DNA from: a virus
Direction: 5' to 3' (one strand)
IMG/VR virus record: IMGVR_UViG_3300029037_000169
DNA: 64,000 bases
Of this stretch, positions 47,401 through 56,940 are shown one piece after another; position 1 is the stretch's first letter, and each line of letters begins with the position of its first letter. Position numbers and translations under genes: made by a program. The notes under the pieces were generated by a model, which had not been told where the DNA came from, did not search any database, and saw only the letters and a list, made by a program, of their open reading frames with translations.

Positions 47401-48555
47401 TCCAACATCATCCACCACATCTAATATGGAATCCAAGGTTTGCTTGAAATAAGCGCTCGTGACATTCAACGCTTCCTCGCCTTCCCTTGTTCTTTTAAAC
47501 CAAGAAGTCAAGGCCATAAGAGCCAACGATATCCCAGCCAGAACCGCCCCTATTGGCGTGGCAATAAATCGCAAGGATGCCTTAGTCAAGCCTTGCATGG
47601 CAGAAGCGGATTGCCCTATAGGACCGGGAAGCGCCGACATGTTTTGCATCATGTCATTAAGGGAGACGCTTGCGTCATCCAAGGCACTAGCGTAATTACC
47701 TACATTTCTTTGATGATTGCCGAGAGAAGCGTCAAGCCGCTTGACCTCCGCATCCACGTTTTTTATCTCTGACAGCAACGCCTTCCCGAAAGAAGAGGAT
47801 TGCATCGTTGCGCTCATGGAACGATAAAGATCCCTCATCTTCCCCAAGGATAGAGACAATTCATCAATAGATCCTTGAGCGGCCTTGTTCAGCTTTACGT
47901 CGTTACGTATGGATTGCTGGAGAGAGGATATATTCTGCTTGTACTCATATAAGGATCTGGTAAGTTCCTCCCTTCTTTGTTTTTGCTTATCGTTTAACGA
48001 TCCGTTATCTTTCTCCTGCTTGGCTAGATTGGACAGCTCGTTTTTTACCTTAGCCAATGAGCCTTGTTCTCGGATAAGCTTCGCCACATGCTGATCCAAT
48101 GTCCCGTTTACCTTGGTGATCTCCTCGTTAAGGTTGTCATAAGCCGATCTCTGTTGGTTCACTTGGGCGGTAGCTTGTGTCTGGGCGGCAGACGGAGGAA
48201 TTACCTCGACCGTTCTTTTGGTCTTTCCGGCCTCGGCGTTCATTTGCTCATATAACGCCTTATAGGATTGCGCAAGCCTAGCTATCTCTTGCTCTTGTCT
48301 CTTGCTATCATTGATAGCCGATTGGACTTGTTGGGCTTGCTCCTCCTTTAGCTTTCGTATCTGCTCGGTAAGTTCGTCGATCACCTTCTTTTGATCCTCT
48401 ATCTGGGACAATATGACTTTCGATCTGGGATCATCCACATGGACATCCTTCAAGACCTTCTTTAGCTCCTCTATTTTCTTGATAGCCTCGTCTACTTGCT
48501 TGTAATTGGCAGTGATATCTATTGATATGGAAGACATAAACTTTTTTTTGCCCAA
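44422..48555 (-). CDS. tail tape measure protein (1377 aa)
   Basis: Very long coiled-coil protein with central TM segment. Confidence 0.8.
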   Translation of the reverse strand: MGKKKFMSSISIDITANYKQVDEAIKKIEELKKVLKDVHVDDPRSKVILSQIEDQKKVIDELTEQIRKLKEEQAQQVQSAINDSKRQEQEIARLAQSYKALYEQMNAEAGKTKRTVEVIPPSAAQTQATAQVNQQRSAYDNLNEEITKVNGTLDQHVAKLIREQGSLAKVKNELSNLAKQEKDNGSLNDKQKQRREELTRSLYEYKQNISSLQQSIRNDVKLNKAAQGSIDELSLSLGKMRDLYRSMSATMQSSSFGKALLSEIKNVDAEVKRLDASLGNHQRNVGNYASALDDASVSLNDMMQNMSALPGPIGQSASAMQGLTKASLRFIATPIGAVLAGISLALMALTSWFKRTREGEEALNVTSAYFKQTLDSILDVVDDVGEWLYKAFTKPKEAMKDIVSLLEGQVMNRLNATAKIGAAIWKIFGGEVGEGLKDLGDAIAQGFTGIEDPLKKASGLMDDIIDKSKKRADLAKRENELENRQRSWLVKRSEIEARINELREKSQNAAYSDKERLEASKEASKLVEKMYDEEVDMAQERFEIIKETNSLSHSNGEALQEQAEAEADVNKQLAERASRLRELSSQQREIGNRIKAQGISANKEKVETSERLMAIEEGRKKIQEKELEVEMQIQQTRINAMKEGADKRIAQLRLDYKKRTQEVTKLGEEFLKAQQEIERKAFEAANPKAKEQGKAFSPTTTKVSELPKEQLQLLADMLASIAIETQAKEAELLKGTLDKYKDYAKQREDIERQYNEDVKFLQSQRNEENAKQIDSALKEADKKRKESLSKINLEELKENIDWTSVFGNLDRVATEALSGIKDKLQQYLQDAAGTISKEDFKTVSDAIEQINEAMTDRKPIDQLRQGYDEYKETIEEVAVAQKELNDLESSGAASKEALEMANKKLTESLNKRRSSLVKMTSAINSMGEKGQDIVTAGDNIVDMLTDLGVSVPESISKALDGVSQVMSSLASIDLTKPFSVITSATGIIGGIGKAIGGLFGGGKNVVAQETIDSYNNLMEVMDGVISRQQALLDGLSGADAVEAYNKAVTLIEKQIDMTKKLGLAQLNAGSSAGSHSYGYRAVRDLRAYDKELRAIGINLDSLGGRAEGLFELDPEVIRQLRDDVPEAWLKIDDDARGYLETLLELDDKMKELEEDSKEAFTGISFDSARSELRNLLLDTDTTMKEVSEHFEDYMRQAIVNTIIDKTLSEKIKKWYEKFSEAMADGELSDLEKRNLQETYKKIYEDAAKERDAAFEAAGLEKETKTEDQKATARGFETMTQDQAAELNGRFTALQESGNVISEQNLTQTSLLSNIVASIGGVLSASDSVRDIAGEIRDFQVQSFLEIQEINDTTKSIDKTLKKMSQNIEQVKINTGGI

Positions 48556-48685
48556 AAGTATGCCTCATCAAGATCGCAAGGAAATGTAAACAAAAAAAAA
48601 TTGAAACATTATAGGTATTGTTGTAATTTTATTTTAGAAGGGAAATAAAAAACCCCGAACCATTGGAACGGGGCTAAAATATTAC

Positions 48686-49510
48686 TTAATTAAGCCAAGT
48701 AAATTTATGTTCTTTGGCTGTTTCTAAATCTTTGGCAAAATAGATAATATTCTTTGTTGCTGGGCGTGTACCTGTTTCCCATAAAATATCATATTTTGTT
48801 TGCTCATAAACTGCATAATATTTTTGAGGGTACGAATATATATAGCCTTGCATTCTCGCCTTTGGATAGGAATTTATTGTTTCTGAATAACTCGTTTCAT
48901 AATCGGTATATCCTCTTAAACTATTGTTAATATTAAGAAAAGCATCCGCATCTGATCCTGAACTATTGATTACCTTTTCTACTCCACACAATGCTCCGTT
49001 TTCAAAATAATACCTATTTGTAATCTTATATCCTGATTTTGTATATGTAAAATTTTTAGATCCTCTTTGTGTGTCATTCATAAAGCTATCATAAGGTCGT
49101 TCAATTTTTTCTTTTAACTCATCATAGGATATGTCCCAATCAGTGACAGTTGAACCAATGTAATCAATTGTTGAAGTTACAGATACTTTACATTTGGCTT
49201 CCGCATCTCCAAATTTCACAGTAATTGCCGTTTCTCCAATGTGTTCCCCTTCTATATTAATTTTTCCTCCATAGACCATCGCTTCCGCAATAAATTCATT
49301 ATCAGAAGAAACAGTACAATTATCAATATCTACCCCTGATACATCTATGTTAACATCCTCTTCTACATTGATATCGACTTCTGTTTTACTCAATGATATG
49401 TTTACAGGTAGATCTTGCGGCTTATCATTACCCATATCCTCATCATCTCCACAGCCCGTAAAAACAAATAAAGTCAATAGCATTGACCATAAATAAAATA
49501 CTTTATTCAT
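48686..49510 (-). CDS. lipoprotein with Ig-like (BIG2-like) domain - moron
   Basis: Signal LTLFVFTGC lipobox; GETAITVKFGDAEAKCKVSVT Ig-like strand pattern; AT-rich. Confidence 0.45.
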   Translation of the reverse strand: MNKVFYLWSMLLTLFVFTGCGDDEDMGNDKPQDLPVNISLSKTEVDINVEEDVNIDVSGVDIDNCTVSSDNEFIAEAMVYGGKINIEGEHIGETAITVKFGDAEAKCKVSVTSTIDYIGSTVTDWDISYDELKEKIERPYDSFMNDTQRGSKNFTYTKSGYKITNRYYFENGALCGVEKVINSSGSDADAFLNINNSLRGYTDYETSYSETINSYPKARMQGYIYSYPQKYYAVYEQTKYDILWETGTRPATKNIIYFAKDLETAKEHKFTWLN

Positions 49511-49777
49511 TGTAAAATGTATTTAAGTTAATAATGGCACAAATCTAGCAACAATATTTAACACGACAATGTATTTATGAGAAAAACATCAATAAAGATT
49601 ATAAAAAAAGACCGCCCTCCAGCGATCCTTCACCTTATCATGGCATTATTTACTCAGCCTTACCATTTTCCATCGATAACGTGAAATCATTTCTTTTTTC
49701 ATTCTATCTCATCCAATGATTTCATAAGTAGTAGCAAGAAAGTTAAGCCATTCCGTAAATGGGTCACAAGCGAAGTC

Positions 49778-50242
49778 TTACCTTCTATCTGCAAACAGAT
49801 ATTTTCTTTTTGCGTATTCAAGTAAATCAATCAAAAGTATAGTATTGTTAGGACGCCATAAAGGATTATATTCGTTCCAGTATGGGGATGGATACAGATT
49901 CTCATTGGTTTCCAAGGATAAAAGGATGTCATCCTTATATTCCGGAAACATAAGAATAAGCTCATTTGCTTCTTTTTGATTAAAGTAATCGCTATATTCA
50001 ATAGCCAATTCAAGAACATGTTTCATATTTTCAAAATCGCCCCTTTCATCATACAGTAGACCTAAACGTAAAAAGGCTTGCGTTGAACGCATATCCTTAT
50101 CTATTAATCTTATGCTTTCCCAATATGCTTCAATAGCCTCGTCATATCTTTGTTCATCCTGTAAACGACACGCCATTGAGAACATAGAGACACTTCTTTT
50201 GTCACTTTCTGTTCTTTCTTGTTTTTTTCCGCAATAAATCAT
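49778..50242 (-). CDS. TPR-like repeat protein - moron
   Basis: YDEAIEAYWESIRL...AFLRLGLLYDERGDFENM helical repeat pattern. Confidence 0.4.
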   Translation of the reverse strand: MIYCGKKQERTESDKRSVSMFSMACRLQDEQRYDEAIEAYWESIRLIDKDMRSTQAFLRLGLLYDERGDFENMKHVLELAIEYSDYFNQKEANELILMFPEYKDDILLSLETNENLYPSPYWNEYNPLWRPNNTILLIDLLEYAKRKYLFADRR

Positions 50243-50582
50243 GGTATCATTTTTTAAATATTATTTAACACTGTAAAAATCAACAAAAATACTTATATTG
50301 TTCTTCTACACAATGGTTATTCCTATAAATCATCTATTTATCCAAATTTTATTCATAAAATATTGCATATTCCCCAAATATTTATCATCTTTGCAGCGTT
50401 CAACATAAATATACACAAATGCAGGTCGTGAACTTGCATACTACATGCAGGTTATTTTCATGACCGTGCTTAAGATATTAGGTGCTATCGTACCCCCGTG
50501 TGAAGTATTAATGTACTCACAGCATTTGTGTAATGTGTTGAACAGCGGGACAGGCGATAGCACTTTTTTATTACAAATTGTT

Positions 50583-51388
50583 ATGTTCAACAATTACACA
50601 ATTCAAATCTTCCAATATGATGGGAGTCCTGTTTCTTTTAAGAAAAGTAACAGAGTTATGGTAAACGCTACAGAAATGGCAAAGCCATTTGGAAAATTGC
50701 CTAAAGACTGGCTTTCCAACAAATCAACTAAAGAGTTTTTATCCACATTATCAGCCGTTAGGGGAATTATCCTAACGGATTTGGTTGAAATAATTCAAGG
50801 TGGTAATGATAAGCAAGGCACATGGATGCACGAAGATGTAGCCTTAGAGTTTGCTCGCTGGCTAAGTCCTTCCTTCGCCATTTGGTGTAACGATCGCATC
50901 AAAGAACTTCTAACCACAGGTGTAACCACGGTTGCTAACGATGATGAAGCAATTGCCTATGCAATGTCCGTACTTCAAAAGAGATTGGAACAAGCAAAGG
51001 CCGAAAAGCTATGCTTGAGGCCGAAAACAAACAAAAGGATGCCAAAATCGCAAAACTCCAACCGAAAGCCGACTTCGCAGATGCCGCCTTCACCACCGAC
51101 GACAAAGTTGATATCGGGATGGCCGCAAAAATCCTAAAGTTGGGATTTGGGCGCAATACTCTATTCCAAAAGCTAAGACAGGTCGGCGTGTTCTTCTCTA
51201 ACCGGAACGAGCCGAAGCAGCGGTTTGTCAATGCCGGGTATTTCGAGATGAAGGAAAAATTCATCGAGCGCAACAGCCATCCGGGTTTTGTTGTCACGAA
51301 GATTCTTGTTACGCAAAAAGGACTGGCTTACATCAACCATTTGTTCGGAGGAAATCCGTCTGATGGAAAGATTGCGGCTATGGAATAA
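50583..51388 (+). pseudogene. KilA-N + KilAC antirepressor gene, disrupted by a frameshift near 51000
   Basis: KilA-N-like (KDWLSNKSTKEFL...GTWMHEDVALEFARWLSPSFAIW) in frame of ORF 50445..51137; KilAC-like (AKILKLGFGRNTLFQKLRQVGVFF) continues in another frame (51011..51388). Confidence 0.5.
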
Positions 51389-51487
51389 TCATATATACAT
51401 ACCAAATTCATAGGTACGGCGTAAGGACGTACAGCCAAGACTTTGACTTTATGTGACTTGATAATGAATGCAATGATTTAAAACTAG

Positions 51488-51739
51488 ATGAATATGAAAG
51501 ATATAAATAAAATACTCAGCGACATAGCCTTGATATCAAGGGAGGATAAGAAAGCAATGGAGCGATTCAACCGGCAATCCATCAAGATGGAGAGGTTGAT
51601 CGATGAGCTGGAGAGGGCTTGCGGATTTAGAGAGACCAACCCCAAGCCAAGCATGACTGTTTCGGTGTACAACAACGGAAGGTCAAAGCCGGGAAGATTC
51701 GACCTTCGATCGTTAAACACGCATCTTTTAGCGCAATGA
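51488..51739 (+). CDS. hypothetical small protein
   Basis: ORF only. Confidence 0.3.
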   Translation: MNMKDINKILSDIALISREDKKAMERFNRQSIKMERLIDELERACGFRETNPKPSMTVSVYNNGRSKPGRFDLRSLNTHLLAQ

Positions 51740-51776
51740 GGAAAAAGCCGTCTAGCCAATAAGGGCCGGACGGCTT

Positions 51777-51977
51777 TTATCTACCTCCGTTCCGTCTAGC
51801 CAACATATCCTTTCCGGATATTTTCACGATCTTTTTCCCATGACAGATACGGAGCTTGTCCTTTTGCATCATCAAAAGGTTTTGATAAGGGATAACCTCC
51901 AGCACCTCATGGTAAGATAAATGTAAATTCTCCATGAAAGTGGCTATCTGCCCGAACAACGTATCATTACCTATCAC
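51777..51977 (-). CDS. tail assembly chaperone (distal part; possible frameshift extension)
   Basis: Position between major tail and tape measure; 4-nt overlap with upstream chaperone ORF. Confidence 0.35.
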   Translation of the reverse strand: MIGNDTLFGQIATFMENLHLSYHEVLEVIPYQNLLMMQKDKLRICHGKKIVKISGKDMLARRNGGR

Positions 51978-52387
51978 TTCTGTTCCGCCGCCATTCTCGC
52001 TACGCTCTTCGCTAAGGCGGCAGAAACGAAAAAATCATCCACATGTATTAACTTTATGATATCCTCGAAAATGGTTTTCAATTCCTCCAAGGTACAATTA
52101 TCAAACTCGTTCGATAGCCGGGAGGCTTCTCTCTCCCATTCCTCCACATCCCCAACGATAACGCATGATATTCCATGGCTGATATAACGGATATTATCCG
52201 GTACCATGAAAAGAGCATCCACCCAAGTGGCTTCGTTTGGTACCGATACCATCGAGAACCACGTAATAGCCCTACATAACACCTTTATAGTCGGTGGATA
52301 TACCGTCATGGCCCTCCCTTTGACAACCACGGTGGCGAACCTCGTCCCATTGATCGCCTCACTTACTTTCTCTGCGGCTTTATTCAT
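51974..52387 (-). CDS. tail assembly chaperone
   Basis: Position. Confidence 0.4.
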   Translation of the reverse strand: MNKAAEKVSEAINGTRFATVVVKGRAMTVYPPTIKVLCRAITWFSMVSVPNEATWVDALFMVPDNIRYISHGISCVIVGDVEEWEREASRLSNEFDNCTLEELKTIFEDIIKLIHVDDFFVSAALAKSVARMAAEQK

Positions 52388-52436
52388 GCTGATAAGATAA
52401 GGGAGGGTATTTAGCCCTCCCGATTATATTCTCAAG

Positions 52437-52976
52437 TTAAATAGACGGATTTACCACACTATTTGCCCACCAGTATTCCGGGTTAAGCTCTTTTGTCTCT
52501 GGTTCCATCGGAGTGGCGGCGACCGCCAAGCCAATAGCGCCGTCCGTATCGGCCCCACGGCCAACGATAGCCGCTTTCGGGAACACGATCCACACATCAT
52601 CCTCGGTCTCAGCGATCACGCATTTATAGATCTCTTGATATCCCCTAGCTCTCTGCCAACCCGTAGCGGTAGCCGTGCCTCCTTGCAAATCCGCTTTCGT
52701 CTGGAAATCATATTGCCCAATAGTGAAGGAGACTTGAACGGTTCCCTGCTCTTGGGTTTGCCTGTATGTATTCTTAGACAACTGGTTCTTGTACTCGGTC
52801 ACGCTAGCCTCAGCCTCCTCATAACTCCAAGTATCTTGATGCACGTTAATGACCTCCGTCAAGGTTTCCCCGGACAACAGAGTCTTTAATTTCGTGGGAT
52901 CAAACGTAGAGTCCGTGATAACCGGACCATAATACAGTTTCTTGATACCCACGGCCATAATCTTCTCGTTAGCCAT
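52437..52976 (-). CDS. major tail protein candidate
   Basis: Position and size (179 aa) upstream of chaperones. Confidence 0.45.
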   Translation of the reverse strand: MANEKIMAVGIKKLYYGPVITDSTFDPTKLKTLLSGETLTEVINVHQDTWSYEEAEASVTEYKNQLSKNTYRQTQEQGTVQVSFTIGQYDFQTKADLQGGTATATGWQRARGYQEIYKCVIAETEDDVWIVFPKAAIVGRGADTDGAIGLAVAATPMEPETKELNPEYWWANSVVNPSI

Positions 52977-52979
52977 ATC

Positions 52980-53393
52980 TTATCTCATTTTAAAATTAGC
53001 AACCTTAATAAATAATCTCACGTTAACGAAGTAAGAGTCCGTATCCGGGTCTTCCTCCGTGGACAAGTCCTCTATCGAGTATTTTCCCTTATTATCGCCG
53101 TACTCAAAATAGCAAGACAAGAAATTTCTCTCCGCTATCTCTTGAAGCTCGTTCAGCCTTGTATTATTGGGTGTCTTGTAGCCCATGGACTCCAAGCAAG
53201 GCACTAGGATATTGATGTTAGCGTATCCCATGCTCCAAGGCGTATTGGACATCGTCCCCATGTGGACAACAATCCTTTCCGGAACCTTGCCCTTTTTATA
53301 GGGGGGATGCCTGTCCTTATATACAGGTATGCCGTAATAGACCTCCTTGAGCTTACGGTAAAGCAAATCCTTTATATCCTCGGTGGACATCAT
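52980..53393 (-). CDS. tail completion / neck protein candidate
   Basis: Position. Confidence 0.35.
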   Translation of the reverse strand: MMSTEDIKDLLYRKLKEVYYGIPVYKDRHPPYKKGKVPERIVVHMGTMSNTPWSMGYANINILVPCLESMGYKTPNNTRLNELQEIAERNFLSCYFEYGDNKGKYSIEDLSTEEDPDTDSYFVNVRLFIKVANFKMR

Positions 53394-53878
53394 GGTTTAA
53401 GCAATTCTTTTATCTCTATCATAGCGCTATTCATAACGTCCAGTCCCTTGGCATTGACATAGCTAGCGTACCCCATACCGGCTACAACTACCATCGTATA
53501 ACCATTCTTGGCAGAAGTTGCCAGTTCCGTAGCAAGCTTACGTCCCTCCTCGCTACCCAACGTTCCATCTCCGCTAGGCCCATTAGCCCAGAAATCGACA
53601 TTCTTACCCTCCTTGGTAGTAAACTTAGCTCTTTGCATGTTAGGCCCGAACCCCTCAACTTTCTTGAAACCTCCCTCCCTGATAACCTTGCCGTTATAGG
53701 CTAGCACATAGCCTATCGAGCTTCTAAGGTTTCCAGTCCTATTCACGTATTGACCGCTTTTGACAGCCTTTTGGATAGCGGCCTCACCCGTTTGGATAAG
53801 TTTATTTATCACCTTATCGTCCAAGGATTTCAACTCCTGTTCCAAATCAGACAAATCAAACCTGACCTTTATATCCAT
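53390..53878 (-). CDS. HK97 gp10-like neck/tail-component protein
   Basis: NRTGNLRSSIGY motif recalled from HK97 gp10 family. Confidence 0.45.
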   Translation of the reverse strand: MDIKVRFDLSDLEQELKSLDDKVINKLIQTGEAAIQKAVKSGQYVNRTGNLRSSIGYVLAYNGKVIREGGFKKVEGFGPNMQRAKFTTKEGKNVDFWANGPSGDGTLGSEEGRKLATELATSAKNGYTMVVVAGMGYASYVNAKGLDVMNSAMIEIKELLKP

Positions 53879-54195
53879 ATCTCTGAATAGCTTAGGAAGT
53901 TACACATAAGGGGCTTCAAAACCTCGCCTTCACCACGTATATTACCATCTTGATCCAAAACCCGGACCATAGTGCCTATAGGAATAAGATGTTTTCCCTT
54001 AATGACAACATGATAATCATAGGCACGCATTTCACCGCCTACTCCAATCTGCTTACCGGCTCCGTTGTCATCGCACCTACATGTTGACACTAGCTCCCAA
54101 CATTCCGATCCCGTGCCTTCCACAGGATTGCCATTATCGTCAATATCGGGTTCCTTGACAACCTTTCGTTCTAATATGTGAGGAGCGTATATCAT
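53869..54195 (-). CDS. head closure protein candidate
   Basis: Position. Confidence 0.35.
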   Translation of the reverse strand: MIYAPHILERKVVKEPDIDDNGNPVEGTGSECWELVSTCRCDDNGAGKQIGVGGEMRAYDYHVVIKGKHLIPIGTMVRVLDQDGNIRGEGEVLKPLMCNFLSYSEIWI

Positions 54196-54506
54196 AGCAA
54201 TCTAACCGTAGCCTTTTCATTTAACTCGTCCTTTATCCCATTCTTTTTGCAAAGGAAGGAATAGTAAGATTTAACACCATTGATATCCCAAGCCATAGAG
54301 AACCCGCTTTCATTGACAGACGTAGCTCTCAATAGTAAAGACGGAATAAACCTAGCGATCGCCACAGAAACTCTAACATGGCAATCCTTGCACATCTCAT
54401 CCTCTCCACTGACCTCAGCATTCAAACATATGTCCAAAAGGTCAGCTTCCGATAAATCGATACCGAAAGCTTGGAACCTTTGTCTTATGTAGTCATTTAC
54501 CGTCAT
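54192..54506 (-). CDS. head-tail adaptor candidate
   Basis: Position. Confidence 0.35.
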   Translation of the reverse strand: MTVNDYIRQRFQAFGIDLSEADLLDICLNAEVSGEDEMCKDCHVRVSVAIARFIPSLLLRATSVNESGFSMAWDINGVKSYYSFLCKKNGIKDELNEKATVRLL

Positions 54507-55585
54507 ACAACGTTCATTGTATCTAAGTCAATGATCACGATCTTATTTGGAGATGTATACTCCGGAATCCATTCCGCTCCGTATTCCATAAATCGACCCT
54601 CATCTGTACGGACATTAGAGATATACATACCTCCCTCTGAACGGGTATAGCTTTTGCCCGGCACAGGATCGGTTATTTCATACGGAGTATGCCATCTCAT
54701 CTTGCCTTGCTTCGGTGTCGTGAACAGTGATATGCGGTTATCCTTAAACACTTGCTTGAAGCCTCCATCCGGTAATTCCACCAAATCTTCATTAATAACG
54801 ATAGAAGGAAGCCCCAAACCTTGGAAGATAGTCGTGGCCATCTCGCTGGACATCAATCCAGAGGATAGTTGTACTTCTTTTTGGGCGAAGGATTGCTTAT
54901 AAAATTCACCGAAATCGGACGATCCTACGATAGAATTAATGAATGTCTTCCGTGACATCTCCATAGATAGGAAAACTCCAAATTTAGTTCTCAACTCCAC
55001 GACCTGATCCATAAGGTACTTTACGAAATGAGACTTATCCGAGGTTTGAGGAGTTATTTTATGAACAGGCAAAACCATGTCCAACAACTCTATTCCTTGA
55101 GGATTATCATCGACTTTTACGGAAGCCTTTCCGTCGGAGCGCAAATCACCATCCACGATATCCATGCGCTTATGAGGAGCAAGGAGAATCTGTCTCATAT
55201 CATCCACAATATAAGCGATAATATCGTCCAATACGGTTCGCTGATCTTGCGTTCTTGAGGTATTGAATTTGGTAATAAGCTCTTGTAGCATATCCAAACG
55301 ATCATTATCCATCTGATAACGATCTCCTAAATAAGCAACCTCCCCATACCCTGATCCAAGGGATTTACGCTCTCTCAATGGCTTATTTGAGTTCCGATCA
55401 ATAATAGAACCCGCAGTAACGCCTGTTACCGTACCTAGATAGGTCTTAAACACCCTAGATTTAGTCTCCTCAAAATCAAGATGTTTTTTCCAGAAAATAG
55501 TATCTAGGCGAAGCGCTTGCACCCTGTCAATGACCGCCTTTACAATATTAGGGTCATTCAATAATGTTTGAATTGTCAAATACAT
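54503..55585 (-). CDS. major capsid protein candidate (ORF opens to 55660; probable start MYLTIQ)
   Basis: ~360 aa, follows portal/scaffold-like genes. Confidence 0.5.
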   Translation of the reverse strand: MYLTIQTLLNDPNIVKAVIDRVQALRLDTIFWKKHLDFEETKSRVFKTYLGTVTGVTAGSIIDRNSNKPLRERKSLGSGYGEVAYLGDRYQMDNDRLDMLQELITKFNTSRTQDQRTVLDDIIAYIVDDMRQILLAPHKRMDIVDGDLRSDGKASVKVDDNPQGIELLDMVLPVHKITPQTSDKSHFVKYLMDQVVELRTKFGVFLSMEMSRKTFINSIVGSSDFGEFYKQSFAQKEVQLSSGLMSSEMATTIFQGLGLPSIVINEDLVELPDGGFKQVFKDNRISLFTTPKQGKMRWHTPYEITDPVPGKSYTRSEGGMYISNVRTDEGRFMEYGAEWIPEYTSPNKIVIIDLDTMNVV

Positions 55586-55598
55586 AAATCCTCCTTCC

Positions 55599-56189
55599 TT
55601 AATACGTGAACATAAATCTATCGCCCAATGACTCCTTGTCTTTATCCGAGATAGGGACAATCAGTCGGGTAGGCCTAATCTCATAGGCTTGTCCCACGGC
55701 TGTGATAGTGGCCCCATCCTCAACTTTCGTCCAAGCGTAATTCAGTGCCATAGCCATGGCCTTAGGAGTTTTTCCAGCAGCGGATGAAGCCTCAAACAAC
55801 ACCGCATCTTTTTTAGCCGCCAATGTGGGTGAGGCCGCCAATGTTATCGTGTCATATTCCAGTCCCGACTTATCAATAGCCTCTACGGTACCACCATTAG
55901 TTCCATTTCCCAAATGCATTCCTACGTAAGCCAATGAATTCTTATTTATTTTCAAAGAAGTTCCACCAGCTATAATTTCTTCGGCTACTGTCACGTTAAT
56001 GACAACTTTTGCCGTTCTAGTTTTAAAATCTAGTACCAAGGGGGTACAAGGAGGAATATTCTTAACCCCCGATAGGTTAGATATATCCAAATTAAAACCG
56101 CCAGAATATCGATATACCGTATCATAACGGCACATCTCCGGCATATTAGGCTCAATCGGATTTAAATCATACTTAACACCTGCCGACAT
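55599..56189 (-). CDS. capsid-associated protein (decoration or similar)
   Basis: Position between scaffold-like and capsid genes. Confidence 0.35.
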   Translation of the reverse strand: MSAGVKYDLNPIEPNMPEMCRYDTVYRYSGGFNLDISNLSGVKNIPPCTPLVLDFKTRTAKVVINVTVAEEIIAGGTSLKINKNSLAYVGMHLGNGTNGGTVEAIDKSGLEYDTITLAASPTLAAKKDAVLFEASSAAGKTPKAMAMALNYAWTKVEDGATITAVGQAYEIRPTRLIVPISDKDKESLGDRFMFTY

Positions 56190-56207
56190 AATTTTATACC
56201 TTAAAAT

Positions 56208-56834
56208 TTAACTTTGTTTCTTTATCTCTTCTGTACCTTTATTGATAAGATTCGCAATATCGTCAGAGTTCTTCTCTTCAGAGACACCGATCTCCGGAGA
56301 TATTACGCCCGCTAATCCTGCATTGACAAATGTCTGCTTAGCGTCTTTCATAAAAATATCCAAGTCTGCATCTTGTGCGACTTTCAATATAGGGATGAGC
56401 GTTTCGGGAATGCCATACTCCTTAGCCTTAGCAAGAACTTGCTCTTGACGTGTAGCCTGAACTTTTTCCGCCTCAAGCTGAGTAAGCTTATCGGACAGGG
56501 GTTTTACAGCAGCATTTACCGCTTCAACCACCAATCTTGCGAGATCAGGCTTTTCATCTGTTTTTTCTTCTGGCTTAACTCCCGTTTTATTGCCCTTAGC
56601 TTTCAGTTCATCCAGTTCTTTCTTATAGTCCGAACCCTCTTTTCGTACTCTATCGAAATTCTGCTGGAAAGCCCTTAAAGCTGCTTCCTGCCCCTGAATA
56701 ACAGTTGCGAGGTTCTCATCATTTACAAGCCCAGTTGCTGCCAAAGACTCAGCATACCCCTGAAGCACCTCTTCGCTTACACCATACTTCGAGGAAAAAG
56801 TTTGTTTTAAGCTCTGAAAAATCTTTTCTTTCAT
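56208..56834 (-). CDS. scaffolding protein candidate
   Basis: Alpha-helical, charged, coiled-coil. Confidence 0.4.
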   Translation of the reverse strand: MKEKIFQSLKQTFSSKYGVSEEVLQGYAESLAATGLVNDENLATVIQGQEAALRAFQQNFDRVRKEGSDYKKELDELKAKGNKTGVKPEEKTDEKPDLARLVVEAVNAAVKPLSDKLTQLEAEKVQATRQEQVLAKAKEYGIPETLIPILKVAQDADLDIFMKDAKQTFVNAGLAGVISPEIGVSEEKNSDDIANLINKGTEEIKKQS

Positions 56835-56940
56835 ACCGTATGAATTTTGTTTAAAATCTTTGGGATAAAAGTAGCTGGAGTATATAATAGAATAAAATAC
56901 CGAGAGGCATGGTATACAACAATGAGTTCATTGTTGTAAA

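Noticed and set aside
39555-48255. Numerous plus-strand ORFs inside the tape-measure and tail-fibre genes
   Set aside because: They are antisense to very long, well-supported minus-strand genes with no intergenic space.
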